Shown here one piece after another: positions 14,841-23,528 of a DNA stretch of 64,000 nucleotides. Position numbers and translations under genes: made by a program. The notes under the pieces were generated by a model that saw nothing but the letters and a program-made list of their open reading frames with translations, was not told the DNA's origin and made no database searches. The stretch's first letter is position 1. Every line of letters begins with the position of its first letter. This stretch comes from an uncultured Candidatus Saccharibacteria bacterium. Its GTDB lineage: Bacteria; Patescibacteriota; Saccharimonadia; Saccharimonadales; JBBQAJ01. The stretch covers positions 13,629 through 77,628 of the forward strand of contig CAZQZT010000001.1 of the NCBI GenBank assembly GCA_964597925.1, in the 5' to 3' direction.

Positions 14841-15602
14841 ATGTCTGCTAAACTCACTAATTTACCAACCCAGGAATCCATGCCAGAACCACCTGAATCT
14901 TCTGTAGCTAGTTCTGTGTTAAGTAAAGAAGCTTGGCATACAGCAGCCGAATCAGCGGTTGAAGAAGCTCATCGAACTGGGGGACCACTTTCTGTATTAT
15001 ATATAGACGCAAATTACTTCAGTGATGTAAACATTGAACTCGGACACGAAACTGGAGATTATGTTATTGAAGATATCCGCGGTATTGTTGCTAAGCTTTC
15101 GGACTCTTTTCGAACTAAAAACAACGAGGGCGTGGATCGTCCTCTCGATATTGTTTCTATAAACCCAATATCGGAAAAAATAAGCTCTCTGAAGATAGGT
15201 GCCGATGAATCTATGGACACTGAACTTATAGACTTGGAGGGTGGTCATATTGGTGGTGATGAGTTTGCCGTACTGGCACACACAGATGAAACTGGTGCTC
15301 AAGTCATTGCTGAACGATTTCGAAAAATATTTGCAGAATACTTAGAGGACAGCCTTCATAAAGATGCACTTTTAGAGATTGGGCTCAGTCTTGCTATAGG
15401 TGCATCAACACTAAGCGAAGATATGTCATGCAGTAAATTACTAAGAATGGCCGATAACGCAATGTATGAAGATAAACTCAATCACTTGCCAGAAATAAAC
15501 AGACGCCAGAAAGTATTGTTGCGATTATCAAAGTTCGTTTTAGAAAAAAGTGGTGTACGCCCTCGTGATGTGCCGAAACACTGGCGTCGTATGTCTAGTT
15601 AA
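14841..15602 (+). CDS. GGDEF-domain diguanylate cyclase
   Basis: YIDANYFSDVNIELGHETGDYVI...GGHIGGDEFAVL...LSLAIGAS...ADNAMYEDK. ATG 14841 is preferred over ORF-track start 14772 (TATACT box at 14824-14829). Confidence 0.75.
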   Translation: MSAKLTNLPTQESMPEPPESSVASSVLSKEAWHTAAESAVEEAHRTGGPLSVLYIDANYFSDVNIELGHETGDYVIEDIRGIVAKLSDSFRTKNNEGVDRPLDIVSINPISEKISSLKIGADESMDTELIDLEGGHIGGDEFAVLAHTDETGAQVIAERFRKIFAEYLEDSLHKDALLEIGLSLAIGASTLSEDMSCSKLLRMADNAMYEDKLNHLPEINRRQKVLLRLSKFVLEKSGVRPRDVPKHWRRMSS

Positions 15603-16705
15603 GGCCAGAATTTCTTTTTGCCATCAGTTGCTTTGAATTCTTCTAAGAGTTCTTGCTGGCGTTTGCTTAGTTTGGTTGGGGTATCTACTAGGATGGTTAC
15701 TATGTGAGCTCCTCTAGATTCACTTTTTAGATGAGTAACGCCATGACCGGATAGTTTGAAGTCCGCACCAGATTGTGTGCCTGCAGGGACCTTCATCTTG
15801 ATTGGTCCATCTACTGTGTCTACCGCTATTTCGGTACCTAGAGCAGCGTCGATCATGCCAATGTGTTCTTCGCTAAGTATTAGGTCGCCTTCACGCGTAA
15901 AGCGTTTGTGAGGTTTTACTCGTACATGTACGTACAGGTCGCCTTTTGGCCCGTTGGCTATGGCTTCACCGTGTTCACGCAAGCGTATTGTTGCACCGTC
16001 TTCGTCTATGCCGGCGGGGACTTTAAGCCGTACTTCTTGGTTTTTGGACTTGGTGCCTTTGCCACTACAGACGGTACAAGTTTTTTCTGGTATCTTGCCT
16101 GCACCACGGCATTTAGGACAAGTTTGTGCCTGCTGAATGTTACCGAAAATGGTACGTGTGGCAGTAACTATTTGACCCGATCCTTTGCACTGCTCGCAAG
16201 TAATAAGCTCGTGTCCGGGCTCTGCCGTGGTACCTTTGCAGTGTTCGCAGGTGTCTTCAAGGTTTAGTTTTAGGTCTACTTCTGTGCCAAATACTGCTTT
16301 TTCAAAGGTAACTTCTATGGTGGTTTCTACGTCTCTACCGCGGTTTCGGCGCTGTTTTTGACCGCCGGCGTTGCCGCCAAAAAAATTGCCAAATATGTCT
16401 CCAAGGCCTAAGTCTCCGAAGTCAAAGTGAACTCCTTGATCGCCTTGTCCACTAAAACCTTCGTAAGGATTCCCGCCACCCCCATTCCCACCTACACCAG
16501 CATGACCAAACTGATCATAACGCTGGCGTTTTGAAGCATCTTTGAGTACTTCATAAGCTTCGTTGATTTCTTTAAACTTAGTCTCATCTCCACCCTCTTT
16601 GTCTGGATGATGCTGTACGGCAGCCTTGCGAAAGGCCTTCTTAATCTCATCTGCGCTGGCAGACTTACCTATCCCCAGAACTTCATAGTAATCACGCTTG
16701 GTCAT
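15599..16705 (-). CDS. dnaJ: Molecular chaperone DnaJ
   Basis: J domain DYYEVLGI...HPDK, G-rich linker, four CxxCxGxG zinc-finger repeats. Confidence 0.95.
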   Translation of the reverse strand: MTKRDYYEVLGIGKSASADEIKKAFRKAAVQHHPDKEGGDETKFKEINEAYEVLKDASKRQRYDQFGHAGVGGNGGGGNPYEGFSGQGDQGVHFDFGDLGLGDIFGNFFGGNAGGQKQRRNRGRDVETTIEVTFEKAVFGTEVDLKLNLEDTCEHCKGTTAEPGHELITCEQCKGSGQIVTATRTIFGNIQQAQTCPKCRGAGKIPEKTCTVCSGKGTKSKNQEVRLKVPAGIDEDGATIRLREHGEAIANGPKGDLYVHVRVKPHKRFTREGDLILSEEHIGMIDAALGTEIAVDTVDGPIKMKVPAGTQSGADFKLSGHGVTHLKSESRGAHIVTILVDTPTKLSKRQQELLEEFKATDGKKKFWP

Positions 16706-16958
16706 TAATTATCCTATCTTCTGCGATTTCTATGGCAGCTAAAAGTTCATCGGGCTCTAACATATAGTCATCTAGAATTACTTCACAGATCGTCGAAAAC
16801 CTTGCTTGTGCAGTAATGTCATCTTTGTATATTGCTTTTAAATTAGCCACCATTCTGCAGTCTCTGGCTGCCCATTCTATATCGCCAAGCTCATTAGGCG
16901 TTTGTAAATCGTCTAAACATCTTTCCCAAACCACTTGTTCGTAACTACCTAAAGCCAT
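16692..16958 (-). CDS. Hypothetical acidic 88-aa protein between dnaK and dnaJ
   Basis: GGTGAAG SD-like sequence about 6 nt upstream. Its stop overlaps the dnaJ start by 14 nt. No recognisable domain. Confidence 0.5.
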   Translation of the reverse strand: MALGSYEQVVWERCLDDLQTPNELGDIEWAARDCRMVANLKAIYKDDITAQARFSTICEVILDDYMLEPDELLAAIEIAEDRIINDQA

Positions 16959-16984
16959 TTACTTCACCATCAATTTGGTTGGCA

Positions 16985-18919
16985 TTAATTTTCTTCCTTT
17001 TCTTGCTTGTCTTCGTTTACGACTTCGCCTTCTACTGGTTCATCTTTGTCGTCTTTCTTTGCATCGCCTTCTTCAGCTGAAGCTTCATCAGACGACTCTT
17101 CTTTGCTGGCCTGCTCATACATTTTAGCGCCAATGGGCATGATTTTGTCATTTAGTTCTTTGGTGGCTGCTTCTAGCGCTTCTTTGTCTGACGTTTCGTC
17201 TGCTACAACCTTTTTGGCTATTTCTACGGCTTCGTCCAAAGTCTTGGCATCTTCCTCAGAAATCTTGTCTTTGTTGTCTGACTTCATCTTCTCGGCTTGG
17301 TAAACCGAACTATCTAGAACGTTGCGGGCATCTATGGCTTCGCGTTTGAGTTTGTCTTCATCAGCATGCGCCTCTGCCTCTTTGGCCATTTTTTCTACTT
17401 CTGTCTTGTCTAGGTTACCACTACCACTAATGGTTATGGACTGCTCTTTACCGGAACCTTTGTCTTTAGCGGTTACATTCAAAATGCCATTGGCGTCAAT
17501 GTTAAACGTCACTTCAATCTGTGGAACACCACGTGGAGCAGATGGTATGCCATCTAGCACAAAGCGTCCAAGGGATTTGTTGTCTGCTACCATGCCACGC
17601 TCACCCTGAACTACATGAATCTCTACCTGCGGCTGATTGTCTGCAGCGGTACTAAATGTTTCACTCTTACTGGTTGGAATCGTGGTGTTGCGTTCAATCA
17701 GCTTAGTGGCTACATTGCCAAGTGTTTCAATCCCCAGAGATAGTGGTGTTACGTCTAGAAGTAGCACGTCTTTGACGTCGCCTTGAAGCACACCACCTTG
17801 AATAGCTGCACCTACGGCTACAACTTCGTCTGGGTTTACGCCCTTCATGGGGTCTTTGCCAAAGATTTTCTTTACTTGCTCTTGTACGGCTGGCATACGA
17901 GTCATACCACCCACTAGAACTACAGCGTCAATGTCGCTAGCTTTTAGGCCAGCGTCTTTGAGAGCTTTTTCACAAGGAGCAGCAGTTTTGGCTATCAGAT
18001 CACCTACTAAGTTTTCTAGATTTGCGCGAGTCAGCTTGTGTTCGAAGTGCTTAGGACCAGCTGCATCGGCGGTTAGGAACGGCAAATTGATGTTTACTTC
18101 TGTAGTGGTAGATAGTTCTATCTTGGCCTTTTCTGCTTCGTCACGCAGACGTTGCATGGCAGCCTTATCGTCCGTTACATCAACACCTTGGTCTTTTTTG
18201 AACTCGTCGCGCAAATAATTCACTATGATTCTGTCAAAGTCAGCGCCGCCTAAGTGCGTGTCGCCATTTGTAGATTTGACTTCAAACACACCGTCACCGA
18301 GCTCTAGGATAGATACGTCAAACGTACCGCCACCCAAATCGTATACAGCAATCTTTTCGTCTTTTTTGTCGCCTTTGTCTAGGCCGTAGGCCAGAGCAGC
18401 AGCAGTTGGTTCGTTTATGATACGCTTTACTTCTAGACCGGCAATTTTGCCTGCATCTTTGGTGGCTTGGCGCTGAGAATCATCAAAGTAAGCAGGTACG
18501 GTTATGACTGCTTCTGTAACCTTGTCCCCTAAGAAGCTTTCGGCGTCCGCTTTCAATTTACCCAGTACCATGGCACTGATTTCTTCTGAACTGTATTCTT
18601 TGTCGCCCATTTTAACTTTTACGCCATCTTTACTTTTGCTCATTTCATAGCCCATGAGCTTTATATCTCGCTGAACTTCTTTGTCTTCCCAGCGCCGACC
18701 GATCAAACGCTTCACTTCATAAATAGTGTTTGCGGAATTAGTAACTTGCTGTCGACGAGCTACTTGCCCCACCAGGCGTTCTCCACCTTTATTCACGGCC
18801 ACAACGGACGGCGTAGTGCGTGCACCCTCACTATTAGCAATGATCTCTGGCTTTCCAGCCTGCATCACCGCCATCGCGCTGTTAGTTGTTCCTAGATCTA
18901 TTCCGATAATTTTACCCAT
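16985..18919 (-). CDS. dnaK: Molecular chaperone DnaK (Hsp70)
   Basis: [19 protein letters not shown], full-length Hsp70 with an acidic C-terminal tail. Confidence 0.97.
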   Translation of the reverse strand: MGKIIGIDLGTTNSAMAVMQAGKPEIIANSEGARTTPSVVAVNKGGERLVGQVARRQQVTNSANTIYEVKRLIGRRWEDKEVQRDIKLMGYEMSKSKDGVKVKMGDKEYSSEEISAMVLGKLKADAESFLGDKVTEAVITVPAYFDDSQRQATKDAGKIAGLEVKRIINEPTAAALAYGLDKGDKKDEKIAVYDLGGGTFDVSILELGDGVFEVKSTNGDTHLGGADFDRIIVNYLRDEFKKDQGVDVTDDKAAMQRLRDEAEKAKIELSTTTEVNINLPFLTADAAGPKHFEHKLTRANLENLVGDLIAKTAAPCEKALKDAGLKASDIDAVVLVGGMTRMPAVQEQVKKIFGKDPMKGVNPDEVVAVGAAIQGGVLQGDVKDVLLLDVTPLSLGIETLGNVATKLIERNTTIPTSKSETFSTAADNQPQVEIHVVQGERGMVADNKSLGRFVLDGIPSAPRGVPQIEVTFNIDANGILNVTAKDKGSGKEQSITISGSGNLDKTEVEKMAKEAEAHADEDKLKREAIDARNVLDSSVYQAEKMKSDNKDKISEEDAKTLDEAVEIAKKVVADETSDKEALEAATKELNDKIMPIGAKMYEQASKEESSDEASAEEGDAKKDDKDEPVEGEVVNEDKQEKEEN

Positions 18920-18943
18920 AATTTATAGCTCCTTATTTAATTT

Positions 18944-19177
18944 TCAATTAATCCTGTTCTCATCTATAGGCATAGCTTGCTCACCAGCCTTCGGCATTAT
19001 ATCTGCCGGATCGAATGGATATACAGAATTCGCCTCCTCAAGTGTTACGTCTCTGGCAACTAACGCGTCTCTGCGTGCTTTTTGAGCCTCTGGAGTTAGT
19101 TTTCCCTGAAGTTCAGTTGGCAATCCAAGATTTGCATCTAAATCAACTTGTCTAATTATTCCGCCTGATTCAACCAT
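18944..19177 (-). CDS. Hypothetical 77-aa protein between grpE and dnaK
   Basis: AAGGAG SD 8 nt upstream. Its ATG overlaps the grpE TAA by 1 nt (TAATG). No recognisable domain. Confidence 0.55.
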   Translation of the reverse strand: MVESGGIIRQVDLDANLGLPTELQGKLTPEAQKARRDALVARDVTLEEANSVYPFDPADIMPKAGEQAMPIDENRIN

Positions 19178-19701
19178 TATTTATTCTCCTTTTCTCCTAC
19201 TGAAATATTTGTAGCGTTCTCCATTTTAAGTTTGACCATGGCGTGACGGATAATGTCATCACCGATACGGTAGCCTGATTGAAGTTCCTCACAGACAGTT
19301 TCTACTAGTTCCGCTTCTTCCCCCTCCGCCAAGGCTTCGGAGGACTCGTCCATGCTTACTGCTTCGTGCAAAACGGGACTAAACACTTCGCCAACAGTTT
19401 TGATTCTCTCAACGCCCATTTGAGTTAACGTGTCTTCAAACTGCCTTACAACTCCTTGAACGCCTTTTACGTATTCATTTGCCTGCAAATCTTTAGGTAC
19501 GTGCTTAAGCGCCCGCTCAAAATTATCTATGACTGGCAAAAGGTCACGAACCACGCCGCTTTTGACCATGCTTTTAAGCGAAGTCATCTGCTCTTCGTGT
19601 CTGCGACGAATGTTATCTGAGTCTGCTCGCTCACGTTGCAACGCTTCAGTCAGTTCGCCAATCTGTTGCTCTAAATTAGCCAATGTTGGTTTCTTACTCA
19701 C
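19177..19701 (-). CDS. grpE: Nucleotide exchange factor GrpE
   Basis: Coiled-coil N-terminus, then DLLPVIDNFERAL and FSPVLHEAV motifs. Confidence 0.9.
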   Translation of the reverse strand: MSKKPTLANLEQQIGELTEALQRERADSDNIRRRHEEQMTSLKSMVKSGVVRDLLPVIDNFERALKHVPKDLQANEYVKGVQGVVRQFEDTLTQMGVERIKTVGEVFSPVLHEAVSMDESSEALAEGEEAELVETVCEELQSGYRIGDDIIRHAMVKLKMENATNISVGEKENK

Positions 19702-19922
19702 AATGATTCTCCTGTATCACGTACCCTGTTTTGAGCTAAATACGCTAATGCTGGAACTTCACGATCTTCTAGTACGTGTTTTTGCTGAAGATCTATCAAT
19801 GTGTCATATGGAATATGTGGATCGCCATAATTAACAAATGCAAATTCGGCTGCTTCTAAAAAAGATCCTGCTGCATGATGCGCCAAAAACGGATCTCCTT
19901 CTGGTAAAAACATACTACTCAT
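19698..19922 (-). CDS. Hypothetical 74-aa protein between hrcA and grpE
   Basis: AAGGAG SD 6 nt upstream, inside the hrcA 3' end. 4-nt overlap with the grpE start. No recognisable domain. Confidence 0.55.
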   Translation of the reverse strand: MSSMFLPEGDPFLAHHAAGSFLEAAEFAFVNYGDPHIPYDTLIDLQQKHVLEDREVPALAYLAQNRVRDTGESL

Positions 19923-20634
19923 ATAACGCTCCTTCTAGGGTGCGACCGGCATGTTCTACTAGACCCATTACGTCTCTGTAGCTCTGTCTGGTTGGGCCTA
20001 GAACTCCTATATAGCTTTCATCACTATAGGGACTGCGGAATTTACTAATTATGAGCGAGCACTGGGCGCTTCGGCCAATCGGGTTTTCGGCACCTATGTA
20101 TACACTCAGGGGCTGATTTGGAGCTGCTTCACGAAGCCATGGCTCTAGATTATCCAGCAAACTCGCAACTTGCTGGACTTGAGCACCACCTATGAACTCT
20201 GGCTGACCAAATAGATTCGCCAGTCCGCCCATATATAGCTGATCACCAATTGTCGCTAGACCAAGATTGTGAGTTAGTTCTACCAGAGTATCTACGGCGT
20301 TACGAATAGTACGTTCTGGTAGTCCGCCCCCACCTACTCGTGCAGTCAGAGCCCTTTCACCGCGACTGACTGCACTGGATTCTGTTTGCTCCGCAAGGTT
20401 ATTTACGTAAAATCGATAGCCTTTGTCTGTTGGTACCCGCCCAGCACTAGTGTGTGGCTGGTGTATAAAACCTAGTTTTTCCAGCTCTGCCATTTCAGCA
20501 CGAATGGTAGCAGATGAAACGCTAAAAACCCTTGCCATCAGCGAAGAACCAACTGGGCTGGCAACCTCGGCATATTGCTCTACAATTGCCGCTAATATCT
20601 TCTGTTGCCTATCTGTTATGGCAGTCGTTATCAT
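19915..20634 (-). CDS. hrcA: Heat-inducible repressor HrcA (short form, 239 aa)
   Basis: N-terminal wHTH RQQKILAAIVEQYAEVASPVGSSLMA...SSATIRAEMAELEKLGFIHQPHTSAGRVPTDKGYRFYV. A CIRCE element lies directly upstream. Confidence 0.85.
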   Translation of the reverse strand: MITTAITDRQQKILAAIVEQYAEVASPVGSSLMARVFSVSSATIRAEMAELEKLGFIHQPHTSAGRVPTDKGYRFYVNNLAEQTESSAVSRGERALTARVGGGGLPERTIRNAVDTLVELTHNLGLATIGDQLYMGGLANLFGQPEFIGGAQVQQVASLLDNLEPWLREAAPNQPLSVYIGAENPIGRSAQCSLIISKFRSPYSDESYIGVLGPTRQSYRDVMGLVEHAGRTLEGALYE

Positions 20635-20643
20635 ATAGTGCTA

Positions 20644-20682
20644 ATTGTACTAGAGCTGGCACTCACATGTCAAGAGTGCTAA
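20644..20682 (-). promoter_or_regulatory. hrcA promoter with embedded CIRCE operator
   Basis: Minus strand reads TTAGCACTC-TTGACATGT-GAGTGCCAG (CIRCE-like, 20656-20682). TTGACA lies in the spacer, then 18 nt, then TACAAT (20644-20649). The ATG is 9 nt after the -10 box. Confidence 0.75.
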
Positions 20683-20756
20683 TAACGTTTAAGCAATTTT
20701 TGAAACCACCCATAAGGTACCTTGCCTAAGTGATGAAATTCTGAGCATAAAATATT

Positions 20757-21590
20757 TTAACGAAGATGTTGTTTGGTGCTGGCTAGTAGTTTTTCTATCA
20801 GATGCCTTGATTCTTTTTGCGATGTTAGGTGCGTATTGTTCATAATAGCTTGTACCTGCTGAACCGCACCATCTAATGTGTCGTTAATAATAAAGTCAAA
20901 ATAATTATGCTTTAGAGCATTGTTAAAAATCTTTACAGCGGTTTTCAGTCTTCGTGTATGTTCTTCGGGGTTCATCTCACCACGGTTTAGCATGCGATTC
21001 TGCCATTCATCAAACGATGGTGGCAAAACCATAATGGCTTTTACGTCTGGTTTGGCCTGTACTATATTATGTAAACCGCCCATATCAACATCTGTTATGG
21101 CAATCCTGTTTTCTTCGTTGGCTTTTTGCAGCTCTCGAATACTAATACCAGAAACCTGCTGATCATGGATCAGCTCTGCTTCTAAAAACCTACCCTCGCG
21201 TAGGTCGGCTAAAATTTCTTGCTCGCCCCTAAACCAGTATTCAACACCATTCTGTTCGACGACATCATCATTTACACGAGTTCTGCGCGTTGTGTCTGAG
21301 ACTATGAAGTGATATGCGCCGGTTTTTACAAGTTCACGGATGACTGTATTGCGTCCACCTCCCGAAGGAGCCAGTAGTAAAACCAGTTTAGTTTTTGTTA
21401 AAATCTGTTTGCTGTTTTCGGAAATATGATAATTTGCAAGAATTTGTTTAAACTCCTCCAGGTACCTCAGTTCATTATCCATAGAATCTATACTAACAGT
21501 TTTGGGGTTGTTTTTCTTGATAAAAGAAATCTTGGTATCTAATAAAAAACTTGGTGCATTTTTGAACGCATGGGTGTAGCATAAGAGCAA
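20757..21590 (-). CDS. Guanylate kinase-like protein with an N-terminal extension and an atypical P-loop
   Basis: SDTTRRTRVNDDVVEQNGVEYWF matches the Gmk S-x-TTR...G-x-x-Y-x-F block. The P-loop reads APSGGGRNT (Arg in place of the usual Lys). An alternative start is at 21482 (MDNELRY). Confidence 0.55.
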   Translation of the reverse strand: MLLCYTHAFKNAPSFLLDTKISFIKKNNPKTVSIDSMDNELRYLEEFKQILANYHISENSKQILTKTKLVLLLAPSGGGRNTVIRELVKTGAYHFIVSDTTRRTRVNDDVVEQNGVEYWFRGEQEILADLREGRFLEAELIHDQQVSGISIRELQKANEENRIAITDVDMGGLHNIVQAKPDVKAIMVLPPSFDEWQNRMLNRGEMNPEEHTRRLKTAVKIFNNALKHNYFDFIINDTLDGAVQQVQAIMNNTHLTSQKESRHLIEKLLASTKQHLR

Positions 21591-21649
21591 ACAAATATTC
21601 GTAAAATGCCCCGTGGTATTCTCGTAATCCCATGGGGCAATTTTTATGT

Positions 21650-23467
21650 TTAATCGCGCTTAAGCATGATAGTAAACGCTTCGGCCGGTATGTCGACTTT
21701 GCCAAATCGTTTCATGCGCTTTTTGCCTTTAGCTTGTTTAGCTAGGACCTTCTTTTTCCTTGAAACATCACCACCATACAAACCAGTTGTTACGTCTTTG
21801 CGGTATGCACTAAGGTCTTCGCGAGCTATATATTTACCACCAATTGCTGCCTGAAGCGCTACCTGAAAATTCTGACGCGGTATAACATCTTTTAGTTTGC
21901 CCACAACCTCTCTGCCGAGTGCTTGTGACTCTGAACGGTGAACCATAATACTTAGCGCATCTACACGTTCTCCAGCCACATAAAAATCTAATTTTACTAA
22001 ATCTTCCGGACGGTAGTTGTCTAGGTCATAATTGAACGAACCGTAGCCACTGGTTACGCTCTTCAGCTGATCATAAAAATCGGTTAGCAAATTTGCAAGT
22101 GGCGCCTCAAAAGCAACAAGAGCTAGCTGGGCGTCTACGTAACTGAGGTTTTTTTGTAAACCACGCTTGTTTGATATTAACTGAATCACCGCGCCAACGT
22201 ATTCTTTTGGCACAACTACTTCACCCTTTATCCATGGCTCTCGTATTTCTTTTATCTTTGCTGGGTCTGGTAGATCTGTGGCTGATTTTATGTCTATTTC
22301 ATCGCCATTTAACAAAGTAATTTGATAATCAGTAGAAGGATTGGTAACTACTAGCTCTAGGTCATACTCGCGCTCTAAGCGTTCACGCACAATATCCATA
22401 TGCAGCAAGCCGAGAAAACCTACCCGGACGCCAAATCCCAGCACTGGCGAGTTTTCTGGCGTAAACTGTAGTGCCGAATCGCTTAAACTTAGTTTTTCTA
22501 TAGCATCTTTTAGCAACTGATAGCTTTCGTTGCTATCAGGGAAAAACCCGGCGTAAACAAACGGCTTAACTTCGCGATAGCCAGGCAGTGACTGCGTAGC
22601 CGTCGTATTTGCCAGAGTAACTGTGTCTCCTACCTTGGCCTCGCGAGTACTTCGCAAATTTGTTACTATGTAGCCTATTTCACCTGCCAGCAATTGCTTG
22701 GATGGTTTCATATCAGGTTTTAGGGCTCCAACTTCAAGAGCTATGCCTTCGGCCTTGGTTGCCATCATGTGTATCTGTTCATTTTTGGAAATTGCGCCAT
22801 CAACAATCCTCACATACAAAACTACCCCTCTGTAATCATCATAATAACTATCAAATATAAGACCTCTAGCAGACTCAGAACTGCTGCCTCTCGGCGACGG
22901 AACATTATTTATGACTAAGTCCAAAACTTTTTCTACCCCCTGACCTGTTTTGGCAGATATGTGGAGTATGTCTTCTTTTGCGCAACCCAGTAAACTCACA
23001 ACTTCCGCACTCACGCGCTCTACGTCAGCAGCCGGAAGATCAATTTTGTTTAGCACGGGAATGATAGCTAGCTCCGCTGCCATGGCAAGGTATACATTTG
23101 CAAGTGTTTGAGCCTGAATACCTTGGCTGGCATCCACGACTAATATTGCCCCTTCACAAGCCTCTAAACTTCTCGATACTTCATATGAAAAATCGACGTG
23201 TCCGGGCGTGTCTATCAAATTTAACTGATAGCCCTTGTACTCCATTCTTACTGGAGCTAGTTTAATGGTAATACCCTTTTCGCGCTCCAAATCCATTTTG
23301 TCTAGCATCTGTGCTTTCATGTCGCGCTTGTCCACGGTACCGGTGAGCTCCAATAGTCTGTCAGCCAAGGTGGATTTACCGTGGTCAATATGCGCAATAA
23401 TACAAAAATTCCGTATGTGGTCTTGATTCATGTTCGTATAGTGTACCATCTCTGTTAAGATTGACAT
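21650..23467 (-). CDS. lepA: Translation elongation factor 4 (LepA)
   Basis: IRNFCIIAHIDHGKSTLADRLL, DTPGHVDF, NKIDL and a LepA C-terminal domain. The true start may be the internal Met at about 23431. Confidence 0.95.
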   Translation of the reverse strand: MSILTEMVHYTNMNQDHIRNFCIIAHIDHGKSTLADRLLELTGTVDKRDMKAQMLDKMDLEREKGITIKLAPVRMEYKGYQLNLIDTPGHVDFSYEVSRSLEACEGAILVVDASQGIQAQTLANVYLAMAAELAIIPVLNKIDLPAADVERVSAEVVSLLGCAKEDILHISAKTGQGVEKVLDLVINNVPSPRGSSSESARGLIFDSYYDDYRGVVLYVRIVDGAISKNEQIHMMATKAEGIALEVGALKPDMKPSKQLLAGEIGYIVTNLRSTREAKVGDTVTLANTTATQSLPGYREVKPFVYAGFFPDSNESYQLLKDAIEKLSLSDSALQFTPENSPVLGFGVRVGFLGLLHMDIVRERLEREYDLELVVTNPSTDYQITLLNGDEIDIKSATDLPDPAKIKEIREPWIKGEVVVPKEYVGAVIQLISNKRGLQKNLSYVDAQLALVAFEAPLANLLTDFYDQLKSVTSGYGSFNYDLDNYRPEDLVKLDFYVAGERVDALSIMVHRSESQALGREVVGKLKDVIPRQNFQVALQAAIGGKYIAREDLSAYRKDVTTGLYGGDVSRKKKVLAKQAKGKKRMKRFGKVDIPAEAFTIMLKRD

Positions 23468-23528
23468 AACAAGGCTTTACATGTTTAAAATTGCTTTATA
23501 TTCGGATGTTTTCCAATAAGAACGATAG

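Noticed and set aside
17007-19085. Several plus-strand ORFs (17007, 17322, 17847, 18726) inside dnaK. Similar antisense ORFs occur inside ftsH, lepA, murJ, rimK, the helicase gene and others.
   Set aside because: They are Ser/Ala/Leu-rich antisense translations of highly confident genes, with no start-site signals. They are typical shadow ORFs.
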